A stretch of 64,000 nucleotides of DNA from Squalus acanthias (taxonomy: Eukaryota), in NCBI GenBank assembly GCA_030390025.1, contig CM059430.1, positions 61,690,001 through 61,754,000 of the forward strand, read 5' to 3'. Positions 12,418 through 24,587 of this stretch are shown piece by piece. Each line of letters begins with the position of its first letter. The stretch's first letter is position 1. Position numbers and translations under genes: made by a program. The notes beneath the pieces were generated by a model that was given only the letters and a program-made list of their open reading frames with translations, was not told the DNA's origin and did no database searches.

Positions 12418-12974
12418 TTATTGAACCACCTGCTGAAATGGAGGCATTCCTGGAAATGGAGAAGGGAAGCTAGATTTTTACATTAAGGGAGGACCAGATT
12501 GCAATACATCCACAGCCTGGGTTGAAGTTTCTCCGACCAGTTGAATTAAAGACTGGATTCCAATGGCACCCTGTTATAAACAGCCTGGCATCCGTTGTAA
12601 ATGAGAACTAAGTTCTAGGTTCTATCTTAGACAGCTGTAATCATGAGAAACGTAGTAGGGTTTCCAAGCTTGTCTTTGGGTAGCGAGCGGAGTGCAACAC
12701 AGAAAGAAGAAGATTGCCAAAGTAGGGACTTGCGCTACTGGGTCCATTTTTTTTCTTGCTGTGACAGTCCACATCTAATGAGGACAACGGGGTTTGGAGC
12801 AACTGTGTAGAGCAATATTGCTGAGATTTACGATAGGCTTTGTAAAAAATTGACTGTTTAAGGAATAAAACAAGGAAGCAAGTGCCTTAAAACTGGCACT
12901 GAAATTATGATGAGTATTTGGCGCATATTTAAATTAAATATGGGAAAAAGGTAGAACAATCAACATTTTATTTT

Positions 12975-13060
12975 TAAAAAAAGCAAATACCGCAGATGCT
13001 GGAAATATGAAATAAAAACAGAAAATGCTGGAAATACTGAGCAGGTCAGGCAGCATCTGT
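12975..13060 (-). repeat. PLE-family-2 terminal repeat fragment
   Basis: aaagcaaataccgcagatgctggaaat...gaaaatgctggaaatactgagcaggtcaggcagcatctgt, the same motif as at 9405-9600, 11305-11410 and 28832-28964. Confidence 0.75.
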
Positions 13061-13819
13061 CGGCTGTTTGAAACAGTTGTCCAATTAGTCCCCCTCCCCT
13101 GCTCTCTTCCGGTAGCTCTGCAATTGTTTTCTTTTTTAATTAATAAATACATAAATACTTGTGTTTATGTGCGTTTGTGTTTATATGAACAGAGTCATAG
13201 GCAACGTGTTCTTAATGTAGAATCTGTGCCTTACTCCTATAATGTTATAAAGGAAAATACTTGCACCCTAAGTGTTGTCTTCCATTCAACCCTTGTTTTG
13301 ATGTTCAACTGCTGAATACAGGCAGCCTGTGAACAGACGACTTATCTGGAAGTACCTCCACAGTTATGTTCCAGATAAATCACTCTTGTCTGCATCGTAA
13401 ACAGGATACATCCCGTCTACTTCCTCATCCTTTCCCCACAAATCAGAATATTGTCCAATTCATCACACTTGTTGCGCTTTTTAACTATAATTTGAATTGC
13501 AGACCTGTCTTCTGCCCAGTGTCCTTTTGCTGAGATTATTAGGGGGCGTGTCATGATGTTCGTAAGCTGAACTACACAAAATCTCCTCCATGATCGCCTC
13601 ACACCTGCAGTTCGATGGTTCAACATACTGTAACAAGGGATATCATTAATTAGCAGCATTCCTCTTTAAATAATTAAAATTATGGGGAAATTCAAGAAAA
13701 AATTCTTCACTTTAGCTAAATTCTGTATACGTTTTAACTAACTGGCCGTAAATTACATTTTGGGATCCCGCATGACCAGCAGAACATTGTCGGAGTACAT
13801 GGAGACACTTCGTGGAAGG

Positions 13820-14577
13820 TGTAGCTTTTAAAAGCTCTTTATAATAATATGTCCGGGACTACACAACCCACTCTGTGTACAGGTATATTGTGTATAAGTA
13901 AAACAGGTTTCTTAAGCATTAAACATCCAGTACAAAGAAGTAATACTTAACAAGAAGATAGTCGGAGTTTGTTCATTGAACCCCGGCATTCCTTCTGAGT
14001 GACTGTGGCGTGGTCTCTTTAACTCTCGCTATGTTCTGTTGACTGAAGCTTCTCATCCTCTGGTTTCGAGCTGCTTTCAGTGTTCAACAGCTGTTTCTTT
14101 ATACCTTTTTTTCCTTCATAAACATAGCAATTTGCAGCTGCTTGGGCCGTCTCACCATTCTGACCTTCACAAGTACGGTCTATGATTCCCTCCCCTTTTC
14201 TGCTGTGAGCTTTGAGTATGAGAACTTTTACATCTTTTGCCTTTCCCATAGCCCATTATCTAGACTGGTCTGAAACTTCAGCGATAAGGGATGTTAGGTA
14301 TTGAAAACCCTTTATCTTACTTTGAGACTTAATTAATGTTTTGTCCTCTGGTTTCTTGTTTTTAATATAACAGAAAATCTACACTACCTCAGCACTATTC
14401 TTGCAGTTAACATAATGTTGGCTTAATTTCACCATCATGCTTTTGTCGCAGCCATTCGCCATTTTATACAGGCTTTTTAGGTTTTTAACACACAATTTCA
14501 CATATTATAGTTATTTCAAAATGGCTATAGAATCTTAATAATGTTTACTAAATCCTACAGGTAAACTCTATCCTACA
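13820..14577 (-). repeat. 3' LTR
   Basis: Begins tgtagcttttaaaagc and ends ctctatcctaca (TGTAG/CTACA inverted termini); colinear with 20334-21859. Confidence 0.93.
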
Positions 14578-14620
14578 GATCCCTACGTTGAGGGCGAGGC
14601 ATTTTGCCGACCCCTCAAAA

Positions 14621-16080
14621 TTAAAATCTTACATATGGGTTTGTTCTCCCACGTTTATGTAACTCTAAGATATTCTGGGTTGTGATCATATTTAAACGCG
14701 ATCGGGTTTTGTACATTAGGTGTTTCAGGTGGCAGGTGTAAACTAGTAAACGTATCAGTACTACAAGTTGGGTGATGACAAGTACATGGGAAATTATCCT
14801 AATACAAGAGGAATTTCCATGTTTGTCCCTATGTTGCATTATTAGTCCTAACAAGTTTTGACTCCCTACCTTTTGGCATTTATGTTTAACTGGGTAGATC
14901 CTAATCAAACTTCTGATCTTACATCGTTCAAAGTCTTACTACATGCGTTACATATATCAAATACACCATCATTACAAGTTGGAGAACTACCAGAGCGTGT
15001 GAAATAACATGGACCTGTGGGCGTGCTGATATATTAACCCCAATATCCCACCAGTGTGAGTTGTCCCTTTTGCTATCAATTTCAATATCTATTCTCGAGT
15101 TGTCTTGTTTCAAAACATAAAAATACTTTAGGGAGGAGTTCAGTCGCATCACGAGCTCACTGAAGCCCTCAGACAACAAGGGAATGTATTACCCGAATTG
15201 TGCCACATAATTTTGCAGCTCATACTTAAGTATCTCATTTACTGTCAGTTTCACTTGAGCATAGGTTTTGATATTGATTAAAACGTGTTGGTTGATGGGA
15301 CAGGCCCTGTTAGACCCGTAAAGCATGGTAGTTGCAGAAGTAGTGACACAGGAGGCACCACCAACATCATCTCATAGTGGATCCGTACTGGTTTTCCCCA
15401 TGCTCTGTTATCTACAAAACATAATTATTACAGTTACACGTTATAATTCAGTCTTACAATCATTTCACGTGACATTATAGTTTAACATCTAATCCACAAA
15501 TCATGGACTTAAAAGATTCCCCAGATCTCTTTCACTCGTATCCATCTTGTGGATAATTGTTGCTAAACATGATTTCTCCTTAGCCTTCAATTATCCCAAT
15601 CCAAATTCCTCAACTTCAATTTCAATCCCTCTAACAGGTACCAGTGTGTACCTCTATTCTGATTGTTTCATTACTTGGATAGTTTCTCGATGGAGTATGT
15701 GTCAATGCTTTAAAAGTTGTCTCGCTCTCCTGAGCCACATAAACCATTTCATGTCTTGCCGTTGTCAAGTAACTGAGTATGTCTGAGAGCCGTTCTTCAG
15801 TGCAGATTCACCACGCATTTGCGGATGGAACTAGCTTCATATGTAACAAATCACATTTGCACACTCATAGCGGTACCTCAATATCGTGCCACATGTGTCC
15901 TCCAATACAAACCATTCTCGGGCTTTCAAGTATCTTAACAAAAGATTGTAGTCGTCTGAACATCTTTGCTCATCTTCCTCTGCAGGTTCCCGATGTCTTG
16001 GGTAGTGGCCCGACTATCAAATTCAGTTTTCCTAAAAGGTTAATTATACACAGGCACAAAAATGTCTCCAAGAGAAAGCT
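14621..16080 (-). pseudogene. env-like remnant with C-terminal transmembrane segment
   Basis: Lies just upstream of the 3' LTR; Cys-containing GGASCVTT..Y..CP segment, heptad-like helix, then WWDIGVNIS and hydrophobic VISHALVVLQLVMMVYLIYV. Heavily decayed. Confidence 0.55.
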
Positions 16081-17654
16081 ATCAATTTACTATTCTTAGC
16101 GACACTATCCTGACTTTCATTAGAAAGTTTTGAAAATTCCCAATCAGTAGTGTAATTCTCCTGTTTCTATCTTACACCATCAATCACTTCCTCTCTCCAT
16201 TTTACACAACCCATTAATTACCATTCATAGCTCATTCATGAGCCCTGGAGGAACTTTACTGTCCAGTACGATATTTAAAATTGAAAACATAGATCAAATG
16301 TTCTCACTTATTCCAAGTTATTATCACTTTTTACGTATCATTATTTTCGAGGATCTTTTATTTTCCCAAAAGTAACCAAATATATAGTGTCTGAGTTCAT
16401 TTTGTCATTTAAAAACTATCCCAAAATCCAAACAGCAGTACTGTTGAACTGATAGGTTTTGTCAACGTTCAATTTCATTTCTATCCAATTTATCTTATAA
16501 TTTCCAATTTCAGAAACAAGTGATTGCCAGGCTAGATGGCTTACACAGTGTTTTAACATTAGAGACAGAAGTGCTGCAAATAGTTTACAAGGTAACTTCC
16601 ATATAACAAAAGAAAGAAGAGAATCCATTGTGACTCTGCTTAAGAGCCTTGCGGTTAATTTTTCAAATCATAATTTTCCTTCTGTCACTGTGGGGAAATA
16701 TTAACTTAAAATTAAGAAACTTAAATTTAATAATGCCCAATATATTTAAATTTAATTTAGCAATACGAAAGTTGTTGCTTGGTGAACTTAAACAACTGTC
16801 AGTGGAAAGGGTTAATTCGTTTGCAGGTTTTAAGAAGGCAGAGTGAAACATTGTCAGGCGCACGCAATTGTGTCACATCACGTAAATTTAAAAATCTTTC
16901 CCAATCGAAAAAGACAGTTGTGTTTTCACACTTTAACTAAACACGAACAGAACAGATAAAACAAAACAAAGTAGCCCATGCTTGCAGGAAACAGTAAATT
17001 ACGTCATATTTCTGATTGTCCTTTCTTCAGATGCCTTTCCAAATGACTGTAAAAACATTGAATACAACTGGAGAAAAATTAGTTTTTCACATTTAAAAAA
17101 ACAAATCAAGCTGCCTTGGAAATTTCACCACAGCAACCACGACTCCAAGGTTAAATTTTAGACTGAAACTTAATCTTTTGTTAAACAAACTTTTTGTTGT
17201 TCTCCTCAGTTTTTACACACCAGCTTAACTTAAATTGCAGTTCAAAGTTTTTTTTTAAATTCTGGGTGCACAATCTTATTCGCACATTCTTAAACTTCCA
17301 AAATCCAAGAAAAGATAAAAGTTTTTAAATGCATTTGTTTTACACAGAGAAGTGGGTGGAGCTAAAATACACACAACAGACATTCTTTTAAAGACAGACT
17401 TTTCAGACAAAAGGAATACTGTAACTTCTTAAACATTTATAGTCAGGAAAACCTTCACACTTTAACACACACTTTCACACACACTGAAATTCCAGATTTT
17501 TTTTTCAGGTTCCTTAACTCAGCAATCTTGTGTTTTATTTGTCTCGGCACTGATGATAATACCGTCCATGTCGGTAAAACTTTAGGTTTCTCTCTCTTTT
17601 CTTTTCTTTTTTTAAATAGATGTCTCAGCAACTTAGGGGTTACTTGAGTTCAAG

Positions 17655-18250
17655 TTAGGACACCAACTGATTTCTCAATATATGCGGCACCGTCAAGCGG
17701 GGGTTTTCCATGTCACTGCTGACATAGGCTACGGGGGCTGCTGTAGGATGAGGTGGTAAGGGACGATATAATTCTCCCTCAGACGGAGGTAGGGAATATG
17801 TCGGCAGTGCTATCTGCTCAGGCTTCTTTATAGCAAACACCGAGTGGTCGTCTGAAATTTGCCCTATATCTCCCGGTTTAGACTCAACCCAAAAACAGTT
17901 CTGATTGTAATCTATAATGGCTGTCATTCCCCGTAGGGTGTCATTGCCAAGTATTCCCATTTCGTTGATCATACACATATATAACGGATCAGTGATTTTT
18001 ATGGGGAAGGCCTCAAGGGAAATACTAACTTCCTCTCCTGGGTCTGCTGGTGCCTGTGAGCCGGTGACTCCTGTTTTTATGAAGCTACTTTTGTCTATTT
18101 TAAGCTGGCGTTCAGGGTCTGGGGAATGCAGGATTGTAACAGATGAACCTGGTGTCTATTAGCATAGTCTGCTGTCGGCCCCCAGGCAGCAAAGCTGAGA
18201 CCACCGGTCGACCATGGCCATCTCGTCTGAACCCCACTTCAGACTAGGCC
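17655..18250 (-). pseudogene. pro: Retropepsin aspartic protease
   Basis: Minus strand near 18135-18170 gives MLIDT(+1 nt)GSSVTIL, the DTG active site with a frameshift; downstream GILGNDTL motif in ORF 17655-17978. Confidence 0.82.
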
Positions 18251-18319
18251 GATTGGACCAGATCCCGTCTAAATGGCAGTTGGGTTGTTGGAGCAATGGT
18301 GGAGGCGGGAATGACGAGC

Positions 18320-20279
18320 TCATATTTGGAGCCACGAGCACCCCGACATCTGGGTCGATGCAAGAGTTTGCATAATACATGACAATTTCTCCATACATGA
18401 GCCTAGGGCGTCTATTTTACTTTCCATTGGATCAGGTGAATGGGACGGACCATATCGCGAGTAATTATTATTATTCCTCCCACCTCCAGAGCCTATCTGT
18501 CTAGGACCTCGGCAATCCATTGCAAAGTGTCCCACCTTTCCACAGTTACACCAGATCAAGGTTGCTTACGGGGTGGTGACGCTGGGAAGGCCTGGGGTCC
18601 CTCAACCACATGCACTGGCGACTCTGTTGTTGGTACCTGAACCTGAGTTTTAGCGTAGTCCCATGCAGCGTTAGCATCTCTTTAAAGATCTGTCCATTGC
18701 GAATGTGGCTGACAGTGTGCCTTAAGGCTGCTCGCAGTGAGGCCTGAATATTCTTTAAGTATATTTTCTTAAATTCTGCCTCATTCTTCCCGTTTAAGAC
18801 ATTATCATTGGGGCGTGCCTGCATCATCTCATAAACAGTGTACAACCGATCCCCGAATACAGCAGGGGTCTCATGAGGCCCTTGTTCAGACTGGTTTACT
18901 TTATGAACCAGATCAATAGTGTCCAAGCCCAGAGCTGTTTGTATAGTTGTGATTAATTTATTCAGGGGGTACCACACATTAAAGGCCTTGAAGGGCAGAC
19001 TGGTCCGTAGGTCTGGGGTCAAGGCAGACAGTATAACATTTTTCTTGCCACTGTCCTCAAATTAGGATGGTTGCCTTAGCTCTATGGGGCATGTTCGTGG
19101 GTTAACTGGTCCGAATTGCTGGACACATGCCTATAGTTCTGCATAGTTCAGGGGCTGGGATCGTTCATAAGTACCCGCCCATAGCATTCCTGGGTGGGCT
19201 GCCGCTGGTTGTGCTCCTGCTTTTGCCTGGTCACCGTCAACAGCTGGTGGCGCGTTAGGAGTCACCTGGGTGCGAGTCAGAACATTAACTGGGGCTTTAA
19301 AGGGTGCAGGTTCGTCCACTGAGGCTTTTATGATATTGTTATCAGCATAGGCTGGGGGCCTCTCAGCTAGGTCGATGGCGGTATACAAAACGGGGGCCTT
19401 TTGGGAAGGGTGTAGTAAGGGAGGATATAGTTCTCCGCTGAACCCCTCGCATTGTTTATCATAACTCGCGGGCGTGGGGGTGGTGGGGGTCTACTCCCGT
19501 GACTGCCGCTATTAAAGACCGTTGTTGACTCAGCTGGTTTTCCAACTGTTGTATAGTAAGATGACACTGCCTGTGGCCCGACTGCCCTTTGGGGCTGCTG
19601 AAGAGCCTCTCTTCGGGCTCCTCGTGAATCGTTTAATTGTCTGGTGAGACCGTCATTGTCTTTTGTTAAGGAGGCTACCTGACACCTAGCCTCCTCAAGT
19701 TTCTGCACTGCAGTGCCGGCGTGAACTGCATTAATACTCTGTTGCTGTATTATTGCTGTCGATGCAGCGACCAGGCACTGAAGAACTTCATTTTTACTTT
19801 TTAAACTCTACAGCCTCTTTTTCCAAGTTTGTCTTCTCGCCTGTTAACGTTTTTGTTATCTCCGTTAACGTTAGATTCTCTTCTATCAGCCGTAGCTTGT
19901 CTTTTTCTAATGTATCTAACTTGGTTTTATTATTTTCCATCTCGAGGAGGGTCTACTTATCTTGCTCTACACAATACACTGCCGCATCGGCCATTATTTG
20001 CACTGTCCTATCTGACTTCCATTTCTTCTCCTTAACTTGTTTCTCAATGAACACAACAACGTCCTCAAAGGATACTCTCTTATCCTTTATTAGACATTCT
20101 ACTAGTAACTTCTGTAACTGTGCAACCTTGCACTTCATCATTAACTTCGTTATAAAGTTTACAAAAAAAATCTCACTTGACATTCTGCTGTACGTTAAAG
20201 AGACACTATCTGTTAGATAACCTAACTTTCCACAAGGACATTCATAGTAAATCATAGAAAAATCCAAGCAAAAATCCAA
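18320..20279 (-). pseudogene. gag: gag-like region: N-terminal coiled coil, Pro-rich linker, capsid-like segment, CCHC knuckle
   Basis: Heptad-like LEMENNKTKLDTLEKDKLRLIEENLTL and QKLEEARCQVASLTKDNDGLTRQL; PPAY motif; capsid-like QGPHETPAVFGDRLY; degenerate knuckle WCNCGKVGHFAMDC. Multiple stops and frameshifts. Confidence 0.78.
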
Positions 20280-20312
20280 GTGCCTGCCTTATGCACAATA
20301 GGCCTGGTTTCA

Positions 20313-20331
20313 GGCCCACGTTGGGTGCAAA
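20313..20331 (-). other. Primer binding site, tRNA-Lys1,2-like
   Basis: Minus strand TTGCACCCAACGTGGGCC lies a few nt downstream of the 5' LTR and matches TGGCGCCCAACGTGGGGC at 15 of 18 positions. Confidence 0.8.
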
Positions 20332-20333
20332 TC

Positions 20334-21859
20334 TGAAGCTTTTAAAAGCTTTTTATAATAATTTGTCCGTGACTACACAAACCACTCTGGGTACAGGTAT
20401 ATTGGCCCAGAAATTCGGGTTGGAGGCTTCCCGCGGGCACAAGCCCCCAACCTGCACTTACATAGCGCGCCTGCCATTGTGCTGTGGGCCCACGTGGGAT
20501 TCCGATCCTGGGCCTCCTCCAGCTGCCAGTGTGCAGTGCTCGCGTATCCCTGCAGCGCAACTAGTTTGCAGCGTCCCCTGGGATCACGTGCACCATGGGG
20601 AGCCAATCAGACCAGGGAATCTCCATTCATAGATTTGACAGGAAAACCTGTCAAATCTATGAATAGAGATCGGCCGCAAAACATAAGTAAAACTTCAAAT
20701 AAATTTAAAAAAGCAATCACATTTTTAAAATAACTATACATTACATAAATTAACTATTTTAAACAAAAATTTAAATTTTTGAAAAATTAAATTAAAAGTT
20801 TTTAACGGGGCTAAAAATAAACTTACCTTGCTTTAAAGTATTTAAAAATGATAAACCTGTGGAAAAAATGTTTCAATTTTACTTAATTCACCTCTTACCT
20901 TGTTAAAAGCAGGCCTTGCACCTGCTTTTTCCACGCGCAGCTGCTAGGGACTTAGCCGCACTGAGAAACCTGTAAAAAAAGCTGAAGTTCCAGGTCTACG
21001 CGTTGCCTCTCCAGCGCACGCATTTGACCTGTGAACCCCTTCCTTCAAGGGAACAGAAGTTCCGGTTTCCAGCGCACGTGCAGTGCATGCGCGAAAGCGG
21101 CACTTTCGTTGGCCTTACGGGTGAGTACACAGCGCGTACTCACCTGTGGGGACCCGGATTTCTGGGCCATTGTGTATAAGTAAAACAGGTTTATTAAGCA
21201 TTAAACATCCAGTACAAAGAAGTAATACTTAACAAGAAGATAGTCACAGTTTGTTCATTGAACCACGGCGTTCCTTCTGAGTGACTGTGGCGCAGTCTCT
21301 TTAACTCTTGCTGTGTTCTGTTGTCTGAAGCTTCTCATCTGCTGGTTTCGTGCTGCTTTCAGTGTTCAATAGCAGTTCCTTTATACCTTTTTTTCCTTCA
21401 AAATACATAGGAACTTGCAGCTGCTTGGGCTATCTCACCATTCTGAGCTTCATAAGTACGGTCTATGATACCCTCCCATTTTCTGCTGTGAGCTTTGAGT
21501 ATGAGAACTTTTACATCTTTTGCCTTTCCCATAGCCCATTATCTAGACTGGTCTGAAACTTCAGCGCAAGGGATGTTAGGTATTGAAAACCCTCTATCTT
21601 ACTTTGAGACTTAATTAATGTTTGGTCCTCTGGTTTCTTGTTTTTAACAAAGCAGAATATCTATGCTACCTCAGCACTATTCTTGTAGTTAACATAATGT
21701 TGGCTTAATTTTACCAACATACTTTGGTCTCAGCCATTCGCCATTTTATACAGGCTTTTTAGGTTTTTAACATACAATTTCACATATTATAGTTATTTAA
21801 AAATGGTTATAGAATCTTAATAATATTTTCTAAATCCTACAGGTACACTCTATCCTACA
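20334..21859 (-). repeat. 5' LTR (interrupted by a 765-bp MITE)
   Basis: Matches 13820-14577 on both sides of the 20404-21168 insertion. Confidence 0.93.
20404..21168. mobile_element. MITE, PIF/Harbinger-like
   Basis: TIRs GGCCCAGAAAT/ATTTCTGGGCC; ATT duplicated at 20401-20403 and 21169-21171; the empty site ggtatATTgtgtataag is present in the other LTR near 13882-13898. Confidence 0.9.
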
Positions 21860-22399
21860 AAGGGATCTGACCTATTTCGCTGTCGTAGAAGTGTAGGCGA
21901 AATAAAGTAAAGCGCCAGTATTTAGAAGTACACACCTGCTGTTTGATCGAGATTTTGTATAATGTGGATACATATAAAGAATGGATCAGATATAGCGTCT
22001 TCAGGCGAAGCCATTGTACATTCTAGATGTTAAGAAATGTTACAGGGCAAATATGACGTTTAGTTGCGGTTTTTGTGACCATTACGCGTATGCGGCGCTT
22101 TCACAGGCTTTTGTAAAGGACAGAGCTAAACTTAACACTTGAACTGCTGCTGTGTAGAGGTGAATTGATGAGCCACATTCTTCATTTAGCTGGAGAACGT
22201 GGTGCGCTCGTGTCACTATTTCCGAACATGTTTAAGTACTGCAATAACCACACGGCCAAAAGCTTCGCTATTTCCTTAAATTTCATCAGACTACGTGATA
22301 AGTCGAACATACAGGCATTTCACGCTGCTATATCTGAACTGCTTACTATTCCGGTATCGGGTTATTAAATTAATCCTTATCCCAATTATAGATTATCCA

Positions 22400-22727
22400 A
22401 TTTGGAAGCAGTTGGTCGGTAACCAAATGTCACAGACTTAAAATAATTGGCAAAAGAGCTAGAGGGTAAATTAGGAGAACTGTTTTCATACAGAGGTTTT
22501 TTAAGAGCTGGAATACACTACCGGAAAGACTGGTGGAAGCAGATTCCATATTAACTTTCAAAAGGCACTTGGAGATGTACTTGAAGAAGACTAATTTGCA
22601 GGGTTATGAGGAAAAAGCTGGGGTGCGGGAGTAAATTGGACAACTCTTTCAAAGAGCCGGCACAGGCACACCCGGCCGAATGGCCTCCTTCTGATCTTAA
22701 GATTGTATGATTGCACGATTCTATGAC
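22400..22727 (+). mobile_element. CR1 3'-end fragment
   Basis: CR1 ORF2 C-terminus and 3' UTR ggccgaatggcctcct followed by degenerate attctatg repeats. Confidence 0.8.
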
Positions 22728-23049
22728 TATTATTAGATGTGGAAATCGAATGTAAAAGATAACACAATTACAGTTAAAGGTTTCCTGAAAACTTGCTGCA
22801 TTTTTTCGGACTGTGTCACAGGGGAACATTTGGTATTGCAAGTATGAGCATTCTTGAAGATGGCTACAGTCATCCAACCCAGAGAGTTAGGGAAACTATT
22901 CTGTTCACCTTACCACGTTTAAATTCAGAGTAAAACTTCGCATTCAAACGCCACAAGGGGAATACGAGGCAATCAGTTAAAAGTTCGCTTTCAGTCTAGC
23001 GGACGCATTTATAGGTCCAAAATCATACCCGAATTATATTATTTTTTGT

Positions 23050-24587
23050 ATTCGTTTATGGGATGTGGGCGTCGCTGGCAAGGCCAGCATTTATTGCCCA
23101 TCCCTAATTGCCCTTGAGAAGGTGGTGGTGAGCCGCCTTCTTGAACCGCTGCAGTCCGCGTGGTGAAGGTACTCCCACAGTGCTGTTAGGCAGGGAGTTC
23201 CAGGATTTTGATCCAGTGACGATGAAGGATTGGCGATATACTTTTAAGTCAGGATGGTCTGTGACTTGGAGGGGAACTTGGAAGTGGTGGCGTTCCCATG
23301 CGTCTGCTGCCCTTGTCCTTCTAGCTGAAAGAGGTCGCGGGTTTGGGAGGTGCTGCCGAAGAAGCCTTGGTGAGTTGCTGCAGTGCATCTTGTAGAAGCT
23401 ACACATTACAGCTACAGTACGCCGGTGGTGGAGAGAGTGAATGTTTCATGTCGTAGATGGGGTACCAATCAAGCGGGCTGCTTTGTCCTGGATGGTGTCG
23501 AGCTTCTTGAGTGTTGTTGGAGCTGCACTCATCCAGGCAACTGGAGAGTATTCCATTACACTCCTTGCTTGTGCCGTTGTAGATGGTGGAAAGTCTTTAG
23601 GGAGGCAGGAGGTGAGACACTCACCGCAGAATACCTAGCCTCTGACCTGCTCTTGTTGCCACAGTATTTATGTGGCTGGTCCAGTTAAGTTTCTCGGTGA
23701 ATGGTGACCCCCCAGGATGTTGATGATAGGGGATTCAGTGATGGTAAATGCCATTGAATGTCAAGGGGCGGTGGTTAGACTCTCGCTTGTTGAAGATAGT
23801 CATTGCCTGGCACTTCTGTGGCGCGAATGTTACCTGCCACTTAACAGCCCAAGCCTGAACGTCGTCCAGGTCTTGTTGAATGCGGACATGGACTACTTCA
23901 TTATGTGAGGATTTGTGAATGGCACTGAACACTGTGCAGTCATCAGCGAACATCCCCTTTCTGACCTGATGTTGGAGGGAAGTTCATTGATGAAGCAGCT
24001 GAAGATGGTTCGGCCTAAGCCACTGCCCTGAGGAATTCCTGCAGCGATGTCCTGGGGCTATGATGATTGATTTTCAATCTCCACAACCATCTTCCTTTGT
24101 GTTAGGTATGACTCCAGCCAGTGGAGAGATTCTCGCCCCCAATTCCCATTGACTTCAGTTTTAATAGGGCTCCTTGATACCACACTCGGTCAAATGCTGC
24201 CTTGATGTCAAGGGCAGTCACTCTCACTTCTCCTCTGGAATTCAACTCCTTTGTCCTTGTTTGGACCAAGGCTTTAATGAGGTCGGGAGCCGAGTGGTCT
24301 TGGCAGAACCCAAACTGGACATCAGTGAGCAGTTTGTTGGTAAGTGTCGCTTGATAGCACTGTCGATGCCACCTTCCATCACTTTGCTGAAGATTGAAAG
24401 TAGACTGCTGCGGTGGTAATTGGTTGGATTACATTTGTCCTGCTTCTTGTGGACAGGACATACCTGGGCAGTTTACCACATTGTCGGATAGATGCCAATG
24501 TTGCATCTGTACTGGAACAGCTTGGCTAGAGTCGCAGCTAGTTCTGGAGCACACGTCTTCAGCACGATAGCCGGGATGTTGTCAAGT
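23050..24587 (-). mobile_element. Family B LINE (RT + 3' end)
   Basis: Reverse-complement homolog of 7678-9325; MFADD, YKMHCSNSPRLL. Confidence 0.88.

Larger units (their letters stand above)
13820..21859 (-). mobile_element. Endogenous retrovirus-like LTR element (gag, pro, env remnant; no recognisable pol)
   Basis: Two ~758-bp direct repeats with TG..CA ends, AAGG duplicated at 13816-13819 and 21860-21863, PBS next to the right-hand LTR, gag and protease motifs inside. Confidence 0.93.

Noticed and set aside
16100-17650. Hidden pol gene in the provirus
   Set aside because: AT-rich with no long ORF and no YxDD, RNase H or integrase motifs that I could find.
13820-21859. Segmental duplication of 13820-14577
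   Set aside because: TG..CA termini, TSD, PBS and internal gag/pro show these are LTRs.
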